This document shows, in pieces, positions 48,434-61,221 of a stretch of 64,000 nt of DNA (positions within the stretch are counted from its first letter, which is position 1; each line of letters begins with the position of its first letter). The translations under genes were made by a program, and so were the position numbers. Source of the stretch: Phoronis australis (taxonomy: Eukaryota > Animalia > Phoronida); contig NMRA01000051.1 of NCBI GenBank assembly GCA_002633005.1, forward strand, positions 258,478 through 322,477. The letters are read 5' to 3'. The notes under the pieces are model-generated. The model searched no databases. It worked only from the letters and a program-made list of their open reading frames with translations, and was not told the DNA's origin.

Positions 48434-50578
48434 AGCCCCTGTCACATTCGTGGTATGATGCTAGCAGGGCAACAAAAATGCTGTTGAACGATAGTCTTCT
48501 GTATTGACATATTCGCAGTCACATTTGTTGTACAAATGTCTTACGACATTAAACCAAGGTGTTGCAAGACATTGTATGCCTGGCATCCAATGATGTTATG
48601 ATATGTAGTCATATTTTTAATGTTCGATGATCCCAGAGCATGTACGTGATGGCAAAATGTTTGGGGGACTGTCGGTTGTCTAGTACGATTGTAGGACTAT
48701 TCTAGACTCGGATAACCCAAAGATCGTATGTCAGTCGTACAACTATCATACAACAAATGTGAGGCATCGCACCACAGTGTTACGATATAGATCTGTTGTA
48801 GAACTGTTGTACGACGTTGAAATGATTTTGAACAAGTTCAAAATTTCCCGACGCTGTTCTTGGCATGCAATGCGGTAAAATCTCACTAATTTCAGACCAT
48901 AATACATGTAATTGCCAAAACCGTCCATTTTTTTGCGCCCACATGTTTATGTGCGTCCGCATCTGTATCTCCTAAACCCCTCACAGGATCTTGAAGAGAT
49001 TTGATAGATGTGTTTCTATGAAGCTGACAACAGATGATGACAAATTTCAGACCTATCCTACTACCGGTGTGCCCTCTAGTGGCAATTTTATTTTTTACGC
49101 TTATTTCTATATCTTCAGAGATCCTAAAATGATTTTCATAAAATTTGAAATATAGGCATCTATCAGTGAGATGACGCTAACCTCTCGTTTTCAGATATAT
49201 TTGCGGTATTTTGAACCACCTAGTGGCCATTTTTGTTGTCTTCGAGTCTGTTTTTTGGCGTCTGCCCCTTTATCAACCAAACTACTCCAAGGATGATTAT
49301 GAAAATTGGCATATAGGTTGTTACTATGACGAGGACAGCTGAGGATGATTTTCTGACGACTTCAACTGCTGTGGCGCCTCCTAGTGGCAATTTTGTTTGT
49401 TTTTGTGCCCATGGCTGTATCTCCTTAACGCTATGCAGGATCTGTACTAAATTGAGGTAGTGTATTTGTATGAAGTCGACAAAAAACTACGTCGGCTTTC
49501 AGACGGATCGGACTATCGGTGTGCCCCCTAGTGGCAATTTTTATTTTTTATGTTCACCTCTATCTTCAAATGTCCTTAACGGATTTTCATGAAATTTTTC
49601 ACATGGGCTTCAATTAGTGGTATGACACCATTTTCCGGCAATTTCATTTTTTTTCATTTTCCTCTGTTTCTCTGAAGTTCCTTGATGGATTTGTATGAAA
49701 TTTTGTAAATAGGTTTCTATTAAAGAAGTGGCGACATTTTCCTATTTTGTTATGGGTTGGACGTATTTTGCGCCATCTAGTGGCAATTTTTACTGTTTTC
49801 TTGTCTTTTTTTGGCGTCTGCCCCTCTATGAACCCTACAAACCACTCTAAGGATGTTTGTGAAAATTAGCACATATGTTCTTAGTGTGAAGAGGATGGTT
49901 GACCGTGTTTTTCTGAGGACTTCGCCTACTGTGGCACTTTTGTTTTTTTGCAGACATAGCTGTACTCTCCAGGCTCCTAAACCCACTGCAGAATCTTTAT
50001 GAAATTTACCAAGTGTATTTATATGAAGTTGACTACGGATGATGATAACGATTTTCAGACGGATGTAATCAATGATGTGCCCCTTGGTGACAATTTCATT
50101 TTTTTCTGTTTTCCTCTGTTTCTCTGAAGTTCCTTGACGGATTTTTATGAATTCTGATAGCTTTCTATTAAAGACCTGTTTCCGCTTTCGGATGACTTCA
50201 ACGTATTTTGCGCCATCTAGTGGCCATTTTTCTGATAGAAATAAATACCCTTAGAAGCACTCCATTTTCTGAGCATTTGTGGGCGCATTTTAACGCCCTG
50301 CATTGCTCTTTTTTATTTTTAAAGGCTTCTAATGTTGTGAATGCTCACAAGTTTTCAAAAATTTGTTTGATGGTAGCTATGGTGCAAAACTTGAAAATGA
50401 GAAAGCAATAGTTTGGGGATACTAATGTTCTATGCAAAAAGCAGAAAATAAAACGTCAGTTGTGTGCCATCTTGTGTCCCAAATGTTGTACCACGGTCTC
50501 TTCACTGTCGTGATTTTCCTTAACTTCTGTCGCCGACACATCATATACTGTCCCGTCATACGACAAATGCGACGGGCT
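48434..50578. mobile_element. Non-autonomous Harbinger-like TIR element hosting a satellite
   Basis: ttaa-gcccctgtcacattcgtggtatga ... tcatacgacaaatgcgacgggc-ttaa imperfect inverted ends. Confidence 0.55.
48960..50235. repeat. ~150-bp tandem satellite (Helentron/HINE-like), about 9 units, trimeric higher order
   Basis: Recurring ggat...atgaaattt and c(c/t)agtggc(a/c)atttt at ~49069, 49213, 49374, 49521, 49770, 50077 and 50210. Confidence 0.8.
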
Positions 50579-51557
50579 TAAGTCAGCTGTAATTTCACCT
50601 CATGGTTTCTGCTTATTTGTTTAAAGGTATTTAGTGGGTCACGAATGATCAAGTTTCAACTATAATTTCTGATAAAAGATAGTAGCCCCTGTGAGACCGA
50701 GTGCCTTAGTGCAGTACTGCAAATGTGCTTACATGGGGTGCCACAAATGTTTGTTGCTAATGTGCATATCACATTTTTAATATTAAATACTAACTGTTCA
50801 GAAACATGGCTATATTTTTCCTGTCTTACATACACTATAAGTACATCTTTTGTTTTAGATACTGGAATAGACAGTGACACTCGGTTCCTGGTGTATGGGA
50901 AAGCATCCTTTAACAACTGTTCTACAACTGTCCTTGATTGCTTTCAAAAAGCGGTAATGAAGTAAGGTGTACCCTCNNNNNNNNNNNNNNNNNNNNNNNN
51001 NNNNNNNNNNNNNNNNNNNNNNNNNNNNNNNNNNNNNNNNNNNNNNNNNNNNNNNNNNNNNNNNNNNNNNNNNNNNNNNNNNNNNNNNNNNNNNNNNNNN
51101 NNNNNNNNNNNNNNNNNNNNNNNNNNNNNNNNNNNNNNNNNNNNNNNNNNNNNNNNNNNNNNNNNNNNNNNNNNNNNNNNNNNNNNNNNNNNNNNNNNNN
51201 NNNNNNNNNNNNNNNNNNNNNNNNNNNNNNNNNNNNNNNNNNNNNNNNNNNNNNNNNNNNNNNNNNNNNNNNNNNNNNNNNNNNNTACTTTGTGCCAATT
51301 TTTATTGGGACATCCCATAGCTCCTATATCAGCTGAATGCTTTTGGGACACCTGATATTACCACCACTGTTGAAGGTGAAACTGCTATTCCTAGGCAAAT
51401 CTCAAACACTTGTATTGCTAAGCAATTTCATATATTGTGTTATACAGTCCTTCAAACATATCTTGAAAAGAAACAGAAGTATTGTTATGGTAATCCTATA
51501 ATTCAAATGTCATGCCTCTGACCACCGTATTGTCCCTTTATTAAAGGCATCTCTACT

Positions 51558-51740
51558 CAGTAGCGGATCTAGGATACCATAAGGGGTGCCCAACATGTTG
51601 CCTTGGGGAATTGGGCAAAGCGCGATTGTATGTGCACAGAGGCCCGAAAGTTACGGGGGCCGGGATGTGGACGTTCCCTTCAGAAAATCTATCGGTGGAC
51701 ACGATTCCTCTGGTATGTGAGCCCCCCTCATCCGCTACCG
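51558..51740. mobile_element. Small hAT-like MITE; similar caggggc(g/a)(g/c)atccag ends at ~43748 and ~52182
   Basis: cagtagcggat / atccgctaccg inverted ends with G-rich subtermini. Confidence 0.45.
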
Positions 51741-53358
51741 GTCCTAGTTGCTGAACTCTATATTTCCTCACGGTTCACGCTGTTGCTGCTTCATTTTGCG
51801 TGCGGCAGCCGGGGGGGGGGCCCCCTAAATCCTCCTATGCTACTTAATGTTTTAAGTTCAAACGCACGATATGTTTAAGAGTTCTCGCAAATCCCTACTC
51901 GGCAAAGAAGTGCAAGAAACATTCATTTCCCTGTATGAAGGCCATTACCGATGTAAGGTAAAAAACAGAAAAACACGGTCAAACGCATTAAAATGATGCT
52001 GTGGTCATTAAAATTTATTAAAAGACTTTTTCACTGACCAATTTAATGCATTTTATGGCGTTTTAGTTTTTAGTACTTCAAATAACAAACAATAACAGGC
52101 AACAACTTTCTCACAAAAGAACATACCCTGTCTTCACCAAGCATTTTATGTAAAAAATATATTATAAAAATGGCCAGCACTCAGGGGCACATCCAGAATT
52201 TTGAGTTAGGGGGGCCAGGGAGGAGTATTAGCCCGTCAGACATTTGCACCCCCGTACTACCAAATGGAATCTGGGAGAATATTAGGGGAGGGCATGGCCC
52301 CCTTACCCCCCGCCCTTAAATTCCCCTTTGGTACTGCCTCGTGTATAAACACAACCTCACAATCTACACGACAGCCTGTCTCCACTGAGCAAGACTGTAA
52401 TAGCAACTGGTACATCTTCAGTGATCAAGCGAATAAAACCTACAACTGTTGGCACAGCACTGTGAAAATCACCGTGACTCCAAGGTCGCAGTCATCCACT
52501 CCTCGTCACTCACAGCATTGCCTCGTTTATATTTATAACAATTTGACGTTGCATGCTATTCTAACGCAGAAGCCACTGTTATACTGTTGCTGGGCGCTAC
52601 ACTCCACAGAGGTGGATTATGATTCATTTAATTGATACGAGTGGGAATGTTAACTTGTCCCTTATTCGTCAAATGCAAAGTGGGATGGCTAATGACCTTT
52701 TAGGCTAGTCAAATATCGGGTCAGTTGGGGCGTAAACTGACTGACATCGAAGCATACGTCATAGCTGAGCAAATGACAACGTCTTATTGGTCCCACATTA
52801 AATGGGCGGTAACTTGACACACTTGGGAAGTACATTTCGAGTCAACTCTGACGCGCCTCGATGACCCTGAAAAGACCCGTCAGAAGGTGACGCTAGGGGC
52901 GTTCCATAGAGACGGGCGTAAGCACGTTGCATGGATCCCTAAAGTTAAACAATAGGTTGCGACATTTGTACGACATCATTTGGCATTGGAATATTATTAC
53001 AAAATGTCATAAGTCAAAGATGAGCTCATTATAAAAACAAGGAAAACATAAATTTCGTGGAAAAAGAACGATACAAATATTCAGAAGGTTAAAGCAATTT
53101 ACTTGAGTCCTTATCTGGAACTGTTAATGCAAGCGGGTACAGTGTGCCCGGGAATCACTCTCTGCGGGCATGATAAATGCGCTCAGGCATGTCGAAAATA
53201 GTGGTTGCTCGCCGGTCCCTGAAAATTACGGAAGTATTAGCACCGTTCTTTATTCATGGCAATTATGTTTTCGATGATAATTTCTTAAAATTTATTTTGG
53301 TACAGAAATGAATTGTGTTTTCTAAAAGTGCCTAGCAGGTACAACGTACAAAACCAGA

Positions 53359-53558
53359 GCTTTATCAAAAGTTTGAATAAGACTGATGCAGCTTTATTAA
53401 AGGTTTGAATAAGACTGATGCAGCTTTATTAAAGGTTTGAATAAGACTGATGCAGCTTTATTAAAGGTTTGAATAAGACTAATGCAGCTTTATTAAAGGT
53501 TTGAATAAGACTGATGCAGCTTTATTAAAGGTTTGAATAAGACTGATGCAGCTTTATT
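53359..53558. repeat. 32-bp minisatellite, about 6 copies
   Basis: aaaggtttgaataagactgatgcagctttatt repeated head to tail, nearly perfect. Confidence 0.95.
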
Positions 53559-54399
53559 CTGAGGCTTTGGTCACACCTCTCGTACCCTCTGTTGTAGTCA
53601 CTTCAAGCAGCAAAAATTTATTACTTTGTATACGTGGTGATAATCAATTTTGTGTGCTGAAATGATTGGAAATTCTGCGGCACAAAAGAGGTTTCCAAAT
53701 AGAGTAAGTCCACCTTGATGTTGGGTCCGTTCGCAAAGTAGTTCAAAGTTGACGTAAAATCCTCATGACATTGAGATTTTGAACAAAAAGTTGTTTTCAA
53801 TTGCTCGATGGGGCCAAAATCAGAGTGTTTGTAATCATTCTACTCACAGCCACTTTAAAGACACTCTTTCGGATTCATTTATTTAAATACGTATAAATGA
53901 ATTTTAACTCAAACCAGCTTTATTAAAACTGATCTCAATGACACCCATTCGCATTTGTTTCAAAATTATAATATCTTGATAAGAAATTTTTCGTAAATTA
54001 AATCCTCAAAACTTACTATATTTCCAGAAATTTGGAAACATACAAAAAAACCCCTAATGTATGTTTTGAGTGTAAACACATTTTTGAGTCCCATTTTCAC
54101 GGTCATTTTTAATATCAGAATAAACGGTTCTAACTTAAAAGTAGCCTAGCCATGGATTTGTTACTGTAGTACTCGGACACTAGAGACAGTATTCTCGGTT
54201 TGTGATTGGCCAATGGTGTTGTTTACAGCAGAATCTACTGGTCAGCATTTGATACATTTTAAGGTCACTGGGGAACCAAAACAACAGATTTGGTGGACCA
54301 AAGAACTGGCAGCACTTCGGGGTAAGGCACGTGAAGCTCACAGAGCGGCAATTCGGACTGACACTGACCAGTGCTGAGATGCATATCATCTTGCCTATC

Positions 54400-56560
54400 G
54401 TATGTTTAAGTTTGCCACACACAAAGTAAAGCGTAATTCCTGGAGGAATTTCTGTCAGCAAACTAACAGCCTCTCTGCATCTGCAAGGCTGGTGGAATTG
54501 CTTAAGAAGAACCACTCCTCCAGACTCGAGGTCATTCAAAAAGAGGATGGCTCATACCTACGCTCCGCCAAGGAAACACTCGAAGTCATGATGGGTAAGC
54601 ACTATACTGATAGTGTAAACCTATCGAACCAATGTTCTGAAGTGACGGACTCCGAGGAGTGTGAACCATTAGCTTATGCTGACCTTGAAAACATAGCCAC
54701 ACCACATCTCGTGGATTTAGTTCTAAAGATTTTTAAACCATGGAAGTCCCCAGGACTAGACATGATATATCCTATAAAGCTGCAAGAGGCTGGGATACCA
54801 CTATTCCAAATACTCACAGCGACATACATGTACAAAGCCAATCAGATTAGATTATATCCCCGAGACTTGGACTGAAGATAGGGTAGTCTTCATTCCTAAT
54901 CCAGGGAAGAACTCATATTTTTTGGCTGAATCATTTAGGCCTATAACCTTAACATCCTTTCTTCTCAAAGGACTGGAAAGGCTCATTCCGTGGCATATTG
55001 ATAAAAAGGCATACAGAACAAACTTCAAAACAACCAGTATGCTTACAGACCTGCTGAGACCGTTCTACATCATCTGGTTGCTAGACTTGAAAGGGCTGTT
55101 TTTAATAAACAATTTGCCCTCTGTGCCTTCATTGATCTTGTTGATGCTTTCAGCAATATTAAGCATGACGCGATCCGAATAGCACTAAACCACCTTAAAG
55201 TGAATAGATGTCTTACCATTAACATGGTCGGAAGTCAATCTGTGACTGCTTGTCTAGACGATGGGAGTGTGGCGGTTCGCATCACCAGAGGAACACCTCA
55301 GGGTGGCGCTGCCTCACCCACCCTCATTGGTTATTTGATGGTTTGCTTCGACAATTATCTACTGACATGGATCCAAGCTTGCATGGTGAAGCCTATGCAG
55401 ACAATATTGTTCGCAGTGCGTCAAGCATCGATCCTGACACATGTCGCTATCTTGCTCAAAGAGCACTGAATACAGCAGCCTCATGGGCTAAGTCACTTGG
55501 AAGCGTAAATGGTTAATGTGGCCTTTAACGCTGAATGGTAAACATCTTGATCTTGTAGACAAGGCGACTTATCTAGGTGTCATTTTACACCATCGTCTTC
55601 CCTGGACCCCGCATATTACAGAAAAAATCTCAAAAGCCGAAACTGTAACGGTGAGATGAAGTCGTGCGGTGGATAAAACTTGGGGAATGTCTCCCAAGAA
55701 TATGCCCTGGATTTATACTGCTGTTATCCGACCTATAATGTCCTATTCTACGTTGGTACTGTATGTGTAACAGCATTAAAACAGATTACAATTATTAACT
55801 TAAGCAGGTGCAACTTCTAGCTTGTCTGTGGATAACCTCTGGTTTTCCAGGAACGCCTTCTGCAGCCCTAGAAATGGTAATCGGTCTACCACCACTGTAC
55901 ATGTACATATACCTTGAGAGTGAATCTGCATGTGCTGCACTTCGTCTCAGATATAATGGTCCGAGGGTGAAAACTCACATCCCTGACTCCGTTGTACCCA
56001 GAAGCCACAGGAATGTTTGAAAGAAGCTAATGGCCAAGACTGGGCAAGTATGGAACATGCCTAGTGATGTCCAGGTCACAGCTTTAAATCATACAAACAA
56101 TTTCTTCACGGAAATTGGTGATGGATGTCCTACCGCAGAACACAAGCATAAGATGGTTTGTTATACGGACGGCTCTAAACTGGAAAATGGCCAGACAGGT
56201 GCTGGAGTCTATTTTCCATGCCTTCCTGTTGCAGATGCAAAAACTGGGAATCGCTAGGCAATCGTGCCACTGTGTTTCAGGGTGAGTTCACTGCAATTAA
56301 TAGAGCTACCCAACTGGCACAACAATATAACATTGAGCTGGGCAATCAGAAATTATCATCTTTTCAGCAATAAAAGTCCTAAAGAAACTAAGGGTCAACC
56401 CTCTTTATGATTAATACTTGTATTAATGAATATAACAAACTCGCAATTGAAAGAACAGTCACTATACGTTGGGTCAGGGCCCATGTGGGAATTGATGGTA
56501 ATGAGGATTCAGACAGACTGGCAAAGATAGGAGCAAGCGTTGTCATTTTCACGAAAGACG
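54400..56560 (+). mobile_element. Decayed non-LTR retrotransposon (RT + RNase H, LOA/Lian-like)
   Basis: KSPGLDMIYP, FIPNPGK..SFRPITLTSFLLKGLERLI, RGTPQGG, EAYADN, YLGV, then RNase H YTDGSK..TGAGVY and WVRAHVGIDGNEDSDRLAK; many frameshifts. Confidence 0.9.
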
Positions 56561-58169
56561 TCGCTCTAGTCGGTTGGCGACTAATCTTTCACATATGACA
56601 TCCCCGCTGGTTCCCTGCGTGCTTAGCCCAGCCAGCACGCAGGTATCACGCAGTGGCACGTGCTTTAGCATTGGTCGATGTAACCTCGGCAGTCATTGGT
56701 TAGTTAAAGTCATTCTCTCACGCGTTGCTAACATTTATTACATGGTTAAAAGATGTTATAAGGTTCCAAGAAGTACCTACCCCATAACTAATACACGATC
56801 CGTACTCGAAAACAGTTTAAATGAACGCGCCACTCACGATTCGCACCCGAAGAAACACCGCCATTTTGAACTTGCCGCGAACCCGGAAGTACAATTCATT
56901 CAGGAACCCAGGCCGAGAAAACGCCGTCAGTGCGACTNNNNNNNNNNNNNNNNNNNNNNNNNNNNNNNNNNNNNNNNNNNNNNNNNNNNNNNNNNNNNNN
57001 NNNNNNNNNNNNNNNNNNNNNNNNNNNNNNNNNNNNNNNNNNNNNNNNNNNNNNNNNNNNNNNNNNNNNNNNNNNNNNNNNNNNNNNNNNNNNNNNNNNN
57101 NNNNNNNNNNNNNNNNNNNNNNNNNNNNNNNNNNNNNNNNNNNNNNNNNNNNNNNNNNNNNNNNNNNNNNNNNNNNNNNNNNNNNNNNNNNNNNNNNNNN
57201 NNNNNNNNNNNNNNNNNNNNNNNNNNNNNNNNNNNNNNNNNNNNNNNNNNNNNNNNNNNNNNNNNNNNNNNNNNNNNNNNNNNNNNNNNNNNNNNNNNNN
57301 NNNNNNNNNNNNNNNNNNNNNNNNNNNNNNNNNNNNNNNNNNNNNNNNNNNNNNNNNNNNNNNNNNNNNNNNNNNNNNNNNNNNNNNNNNNNNNNNNNNN
57401 NNNNNNNNNNNNNNNNNNNNNNNNNNNNNNNNNNNNNNNNNNNNNNNNNNNNNNNNNNNNNNNNNNNNNNNNNNNNNNNNNNNNNNNNNNNNNNNNNNNN
57501 NNNNNNNNNNNNNNNNNNNNNNNNNNNNNNNNNNNNNNNNNNNNNNNNNNNNNNNNNNNNNNNNNNNNNNNNNNNNNNNNNNNNNNNNNNNNNNNNNNNN
57601 NNNNNNNNNNNNNNNNNNNNNNNNNNNNNNNNNNNNNNNNNNNNNNNNNNNNNNNNNNNNNNNNNNNNNNNNNNNNNNNNNNNNNNNNNNNNNNNNNNNN
57701 NNNNNNNNNNNNNNNNNNNNNNNNNNNNNNNNNNNNNNNNNNNNNNNNNNNNNNNNNNNNNNNNNNNNNNNNNNNNNNNNNNNNNNNNNNTAGGTTTGGC
57801 ACTTTCTACTCTACTTTTGGGCGAACTCAAGATAAGTGTCTATTATTCTATGCTTGAGTACACAATAACTTACATAGATAATTTATTGCCCTTAGTTCAC
57901 AGTTTGTAAACCCAATATTAAAGCAATAAGTTCGAGTTTGAACTCGAAATTTCGAGTTTTTACTCGAGTTTGTAGCACGAATAAAAGGGTCTTCAAGGGC
58001 AAACTTAAACTAGAAACTCCTATGCATAAACTATAATGTATTCGAGCACAGTCTGATAACCAATTATCTTAAGTTCGCACAAAAGGAGCAGAGAAATTGC
58101 CAAAAATAGTTTCGAGTTTGTTTCGAGTACAAAGATTAGAGACCGGGCCCAGGACTCCGGCAAAGCAAT

Positions 58170-61019
58170 ATGTATACTAGTCCAGCCTCCATCAGCCAAG
58201 CCTTCAGAAGATCAACGATATTAACTTGTATTGACAACTGGAATTCCTTGCCATTCAAAATAAAAGAAAGCACTTCAATCGTCACTCTCAAAAATAACTA
58301 TAAAATGCATACCACTACTCCAGACTTGCCAGTCCCATTGACATCATTCCAACTTCCCCGCAACCATGAAATAACCCTATACGGATCAAGATGTGGCCTA
58401 TTCCTAAACAACGAGAAACTTAGACATACTTTTGAAAATATTTCGCCTCTGTGTTCCTGTGGAGATAAGCACACATATCCTCATGTTTTCTTTGCTTGTG
58501 AGGTATGCAATGAGGAGAGGGTACAGCTCTTCCAGGCACTCGAACAATACCCCAATGATAATAAAAATATTCTGAAATTCCGCAATTGTACAACAAAATT
58601 ATGAGTGACTCCATATAAAAACCAACAGGTAGAGTCTATACCCAAAATCACCGATTTTTTTGAAACTTAGCACATGAGTTTGATTTGTTGAGAGGTAGAA
58701 AAACCTCACTTTTTAAGAATTTTCATTCATTATTTTTCTTTTTATGACCTGTACCTCCATTTTGCAACAAAATTGGGCGTCGAAGTAGGCATGTTTGAAT
58801 GCATTTTACTAGCATGTATGATACGGTCAAAACAAATGAATAATACGAATTGAAAGGGCAATGGCTGAATAATGTAATGGCATAACTTTTAAAATTTATC
58901 TTTTAATTTATATGTTTTGAATTTGTGAAGCAATAACGGCTATTTTTCAGGTTTTCACTGAAGCCATTTTCGGCCACATTTGGCACTCTGTAGCAGCCAT
59001 AACGCACCTTTCCTGAAATTGACTTTATAATAATTTGTTAAGTCATTCCTATCCTGTTCATAATCTAAAATAAAAAATCTTGCCTCTAATGTAGTTTTTG
59101 CGTACGAAGCATTATACGAACTGCACTTCGTCCTATTGCATGTTCTCAGTTGCCTCTGCTACCAGTAGGGGGCTCTTGGAACATATAATAAGCTTGCGAA
59201 ACACGAAATAAAAACTTTGCATTTTGGAGAAAAGGCAGACAGCATTATTAATTACCATTCTATGAAAACGGCATTGATGATTAATACTTATTACAAAAAC
59301 GTGTACGTAAATCAACTGGCATGCGTGCTTCTAAATGATAGATGGCGCTGCTTTTGTTTACGTGGAGACTGAAGACGCATCTAGAATAAGAGCAGTAACA
59401 CGAGGACCTTGCTATAATTCAAGACTTCGCGAGATGTTGCCGTGTATTTTAAATGAGAACACGTGGTTTTGGATAAATTTTAGAGAGGTTCTAGTGTTAC
59501 TGAACTCACCCCTGCCTTGTTTTCCATCTGCCTTGTTCGTGCCACAGGCAAAGGAAGGCACCCAAGGTGGATATGCCCCGGCCCCTAGTGTTCAGTGCAA
59601 AAAATCCTTCAACTTGTCAATAGTCATTGTAACTTTGGGTTCATATTGTAATGTCCCTGCTGGTTGCTACAAATTTTAGTCGCCACCAGTCGCCAGAAAT
59701 CTGGTGCTCCCCCCACACACACCGGGCACCCTAACGCTGAATATTTCTGCCAGTATGATCATCAGTGGTATAAAAAGGTACACATTCACAGTCAATATAA
59801 AACAATTCGCGAAAGACAATTTTATTAATGACTACTTCATGACAGACATGAAGTAAACAGAAGTAACGGTCTCGACTTCATATATCACACTTCTTTGACT
59901 GGTATGCTACAAAACTAGGCTAAACGTTGAGCTCATTTACCACTTCATTCAGTAAATCTATCAACATAACAGCATCTTCAGCAGAAATAGCACCGTCATA
60001 AACATTGCTGCAGACAACCTCGAAAAAATCCACCAATCTGCGATTCACTTAACATCACAGGTAAACACTTTCACAGTGGGTTCTCGTAATGTTTTCTCCA
60101 TTTTGGCACTTCCGAGGGTGAAAGTTTTTACCTGACTTTCTCCTTCATCGAATATGTTCGTCAGAAAGTTCTTATCCTTTGATGAAAATCTTGTTGACCT
60201 TTTACCTTTTTTCAATGCCTAACCTATTGCTTCAGCATTCGTCTCATCCACATTGTACTCTGAGGCTGCCGCAAATGACGCTTCGGTTCTTGCATCTAAA
60301 AGCATTTCTGACGACTGTCGTGCAATGTGGTCATACGTGTTCAGTGTGGTTACCCACATCCAAATGCCGACCTACATGTACTGTAGTTCTGCGTCTGTAG
60401 CAAAAAATTCGAGTAACCTTGCTGGGTACAAGGGAATTTTTGTTGAGGCTCTTCACTGGATACAATGCCAACCTTAAGTCTTGGTGTTGAAAATGCGCCA
60501 TGTCTAGAGATGTTAGTGTAATTTAGAGAAATAGGTTTCCCATTTTTCTCAGTATTTGTAAGAACTTACCGTCACAAAATTTGGCATTTGGGTTTTTGTT
60601 AGGATACCTACCCATGTACAAAAAATGAAGTTGTTTTAAATTTTGACGTATAGACTGATTTTTGAAAATCTACTGGTTTTTATATGGACTGCCTCTTAAT
60701 TTCTTCCTATATGGATGTCAAGAACTTAACTCAAACGAAAATATGGTTTTATTTGAAATAGTATCAGAATTTCTTTATAACATTAAATCTCTTTGTGTGA
60801 GTGGATAGAATTTTATACATCTGTATGAAAATGAATTATTTTCATTCGTTGTCATATATCATTGTATTCTTAACATCAGTTTTTTATTTATGTATTCATA
60901 TATAATCATTGTACATAGACTTCTTTGTATTTTTTACCCAGATCTAATGCCTCTTGGCTCTTTCTGGGTTATGTATATTCATTGTATTCTGAAGATTTCG
61001 TAATAAACATTAAAAAAAA
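58170..61019 (+). mobile_element. CR1-group LINE 3' end, split by a Sola3-like insertion
   Basis: WNSLP..IKES and SPLCSCG..HVFFAC zinc motif; the frame resumes after 60695 as LNFFLYGCQELNSNENMVLFEIVSEFL; the 3' UTR ends with aataaa and an A-run at ~61002-61019. Confidence 0.75.
58603..60695 (-). mobile_element. Sola3-like DNA transposon (internally deleted)
   Basis: GAG..CTC termini with TTAA/TTAT target; inverted ends gagtgactccatataaaaacca vs gaggcagtccatataaaaacca. Minus ~60030-60450 reads IG*ALKKGKRSTRFSSKDKNFLTNIFDEGE...LSESQIGGFF. The superfamily call rests mainly on the termini. Confidence 0.6.
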
Positions 61020-61221
61020 CTTCAAGCGATAAGCTGACACCAGTAATCCATGTTATGAACTGCTGAACAGACTGCGTGCGAAACCGATGACGTCATTGGA
61101 TAATTTCAACACCTCCGTCTGCCGTCAGGTGTCAGGTAACGCAACCGTACGTGTCGTTTTGGAATAGAACTACTCGTTCTAAATTGATACAACATAGGTT
61201 GTTTTTGGGTGGCATGCTCCT
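61020..61221 (-). mobile_element. Kolobok-type element, copy 3 (terminal ~200 bp)
   Basis: Reverse complement of 25142-25345, ending ggtggcatgctcct|ttaa. Confidence 0.85.

Larger units (their letters stand above)
44088..52908 (+). mobile_element. IS3EU-type DNA transposon (8.8 kb, decayed, with nested insertions)
   Basis: 40-bp TIR tatggaacgcccctagcgtcacctt(g/c)tgacgggtcttttc with 1 mismatch; TAY..RTA termini; exact 6-bp TSD GAGACG at 44082-44087 and 52909-52914; internal HTH exon. Confidence 0.85.

Noticed and set aside
53359-53558. 32-bp repeats of CRISPR-like length
   Set aside because: Units are head to tail with no spacers, no cas genes and a eukaryotic context: a minisatellite.
56855-56895. 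YY1-like (cgccatttt) and ETS (ccggaagt) motifs suggesting a promoter
   Set aside because: Abuts a gap with no associated gene; such motifs are also common in transposon ends.
56574-57909. Long ORFs in the track (also 9659-10090, 26353-26930, 50855-51351)
   Set aside because: Artefacts of reading through N gaps.
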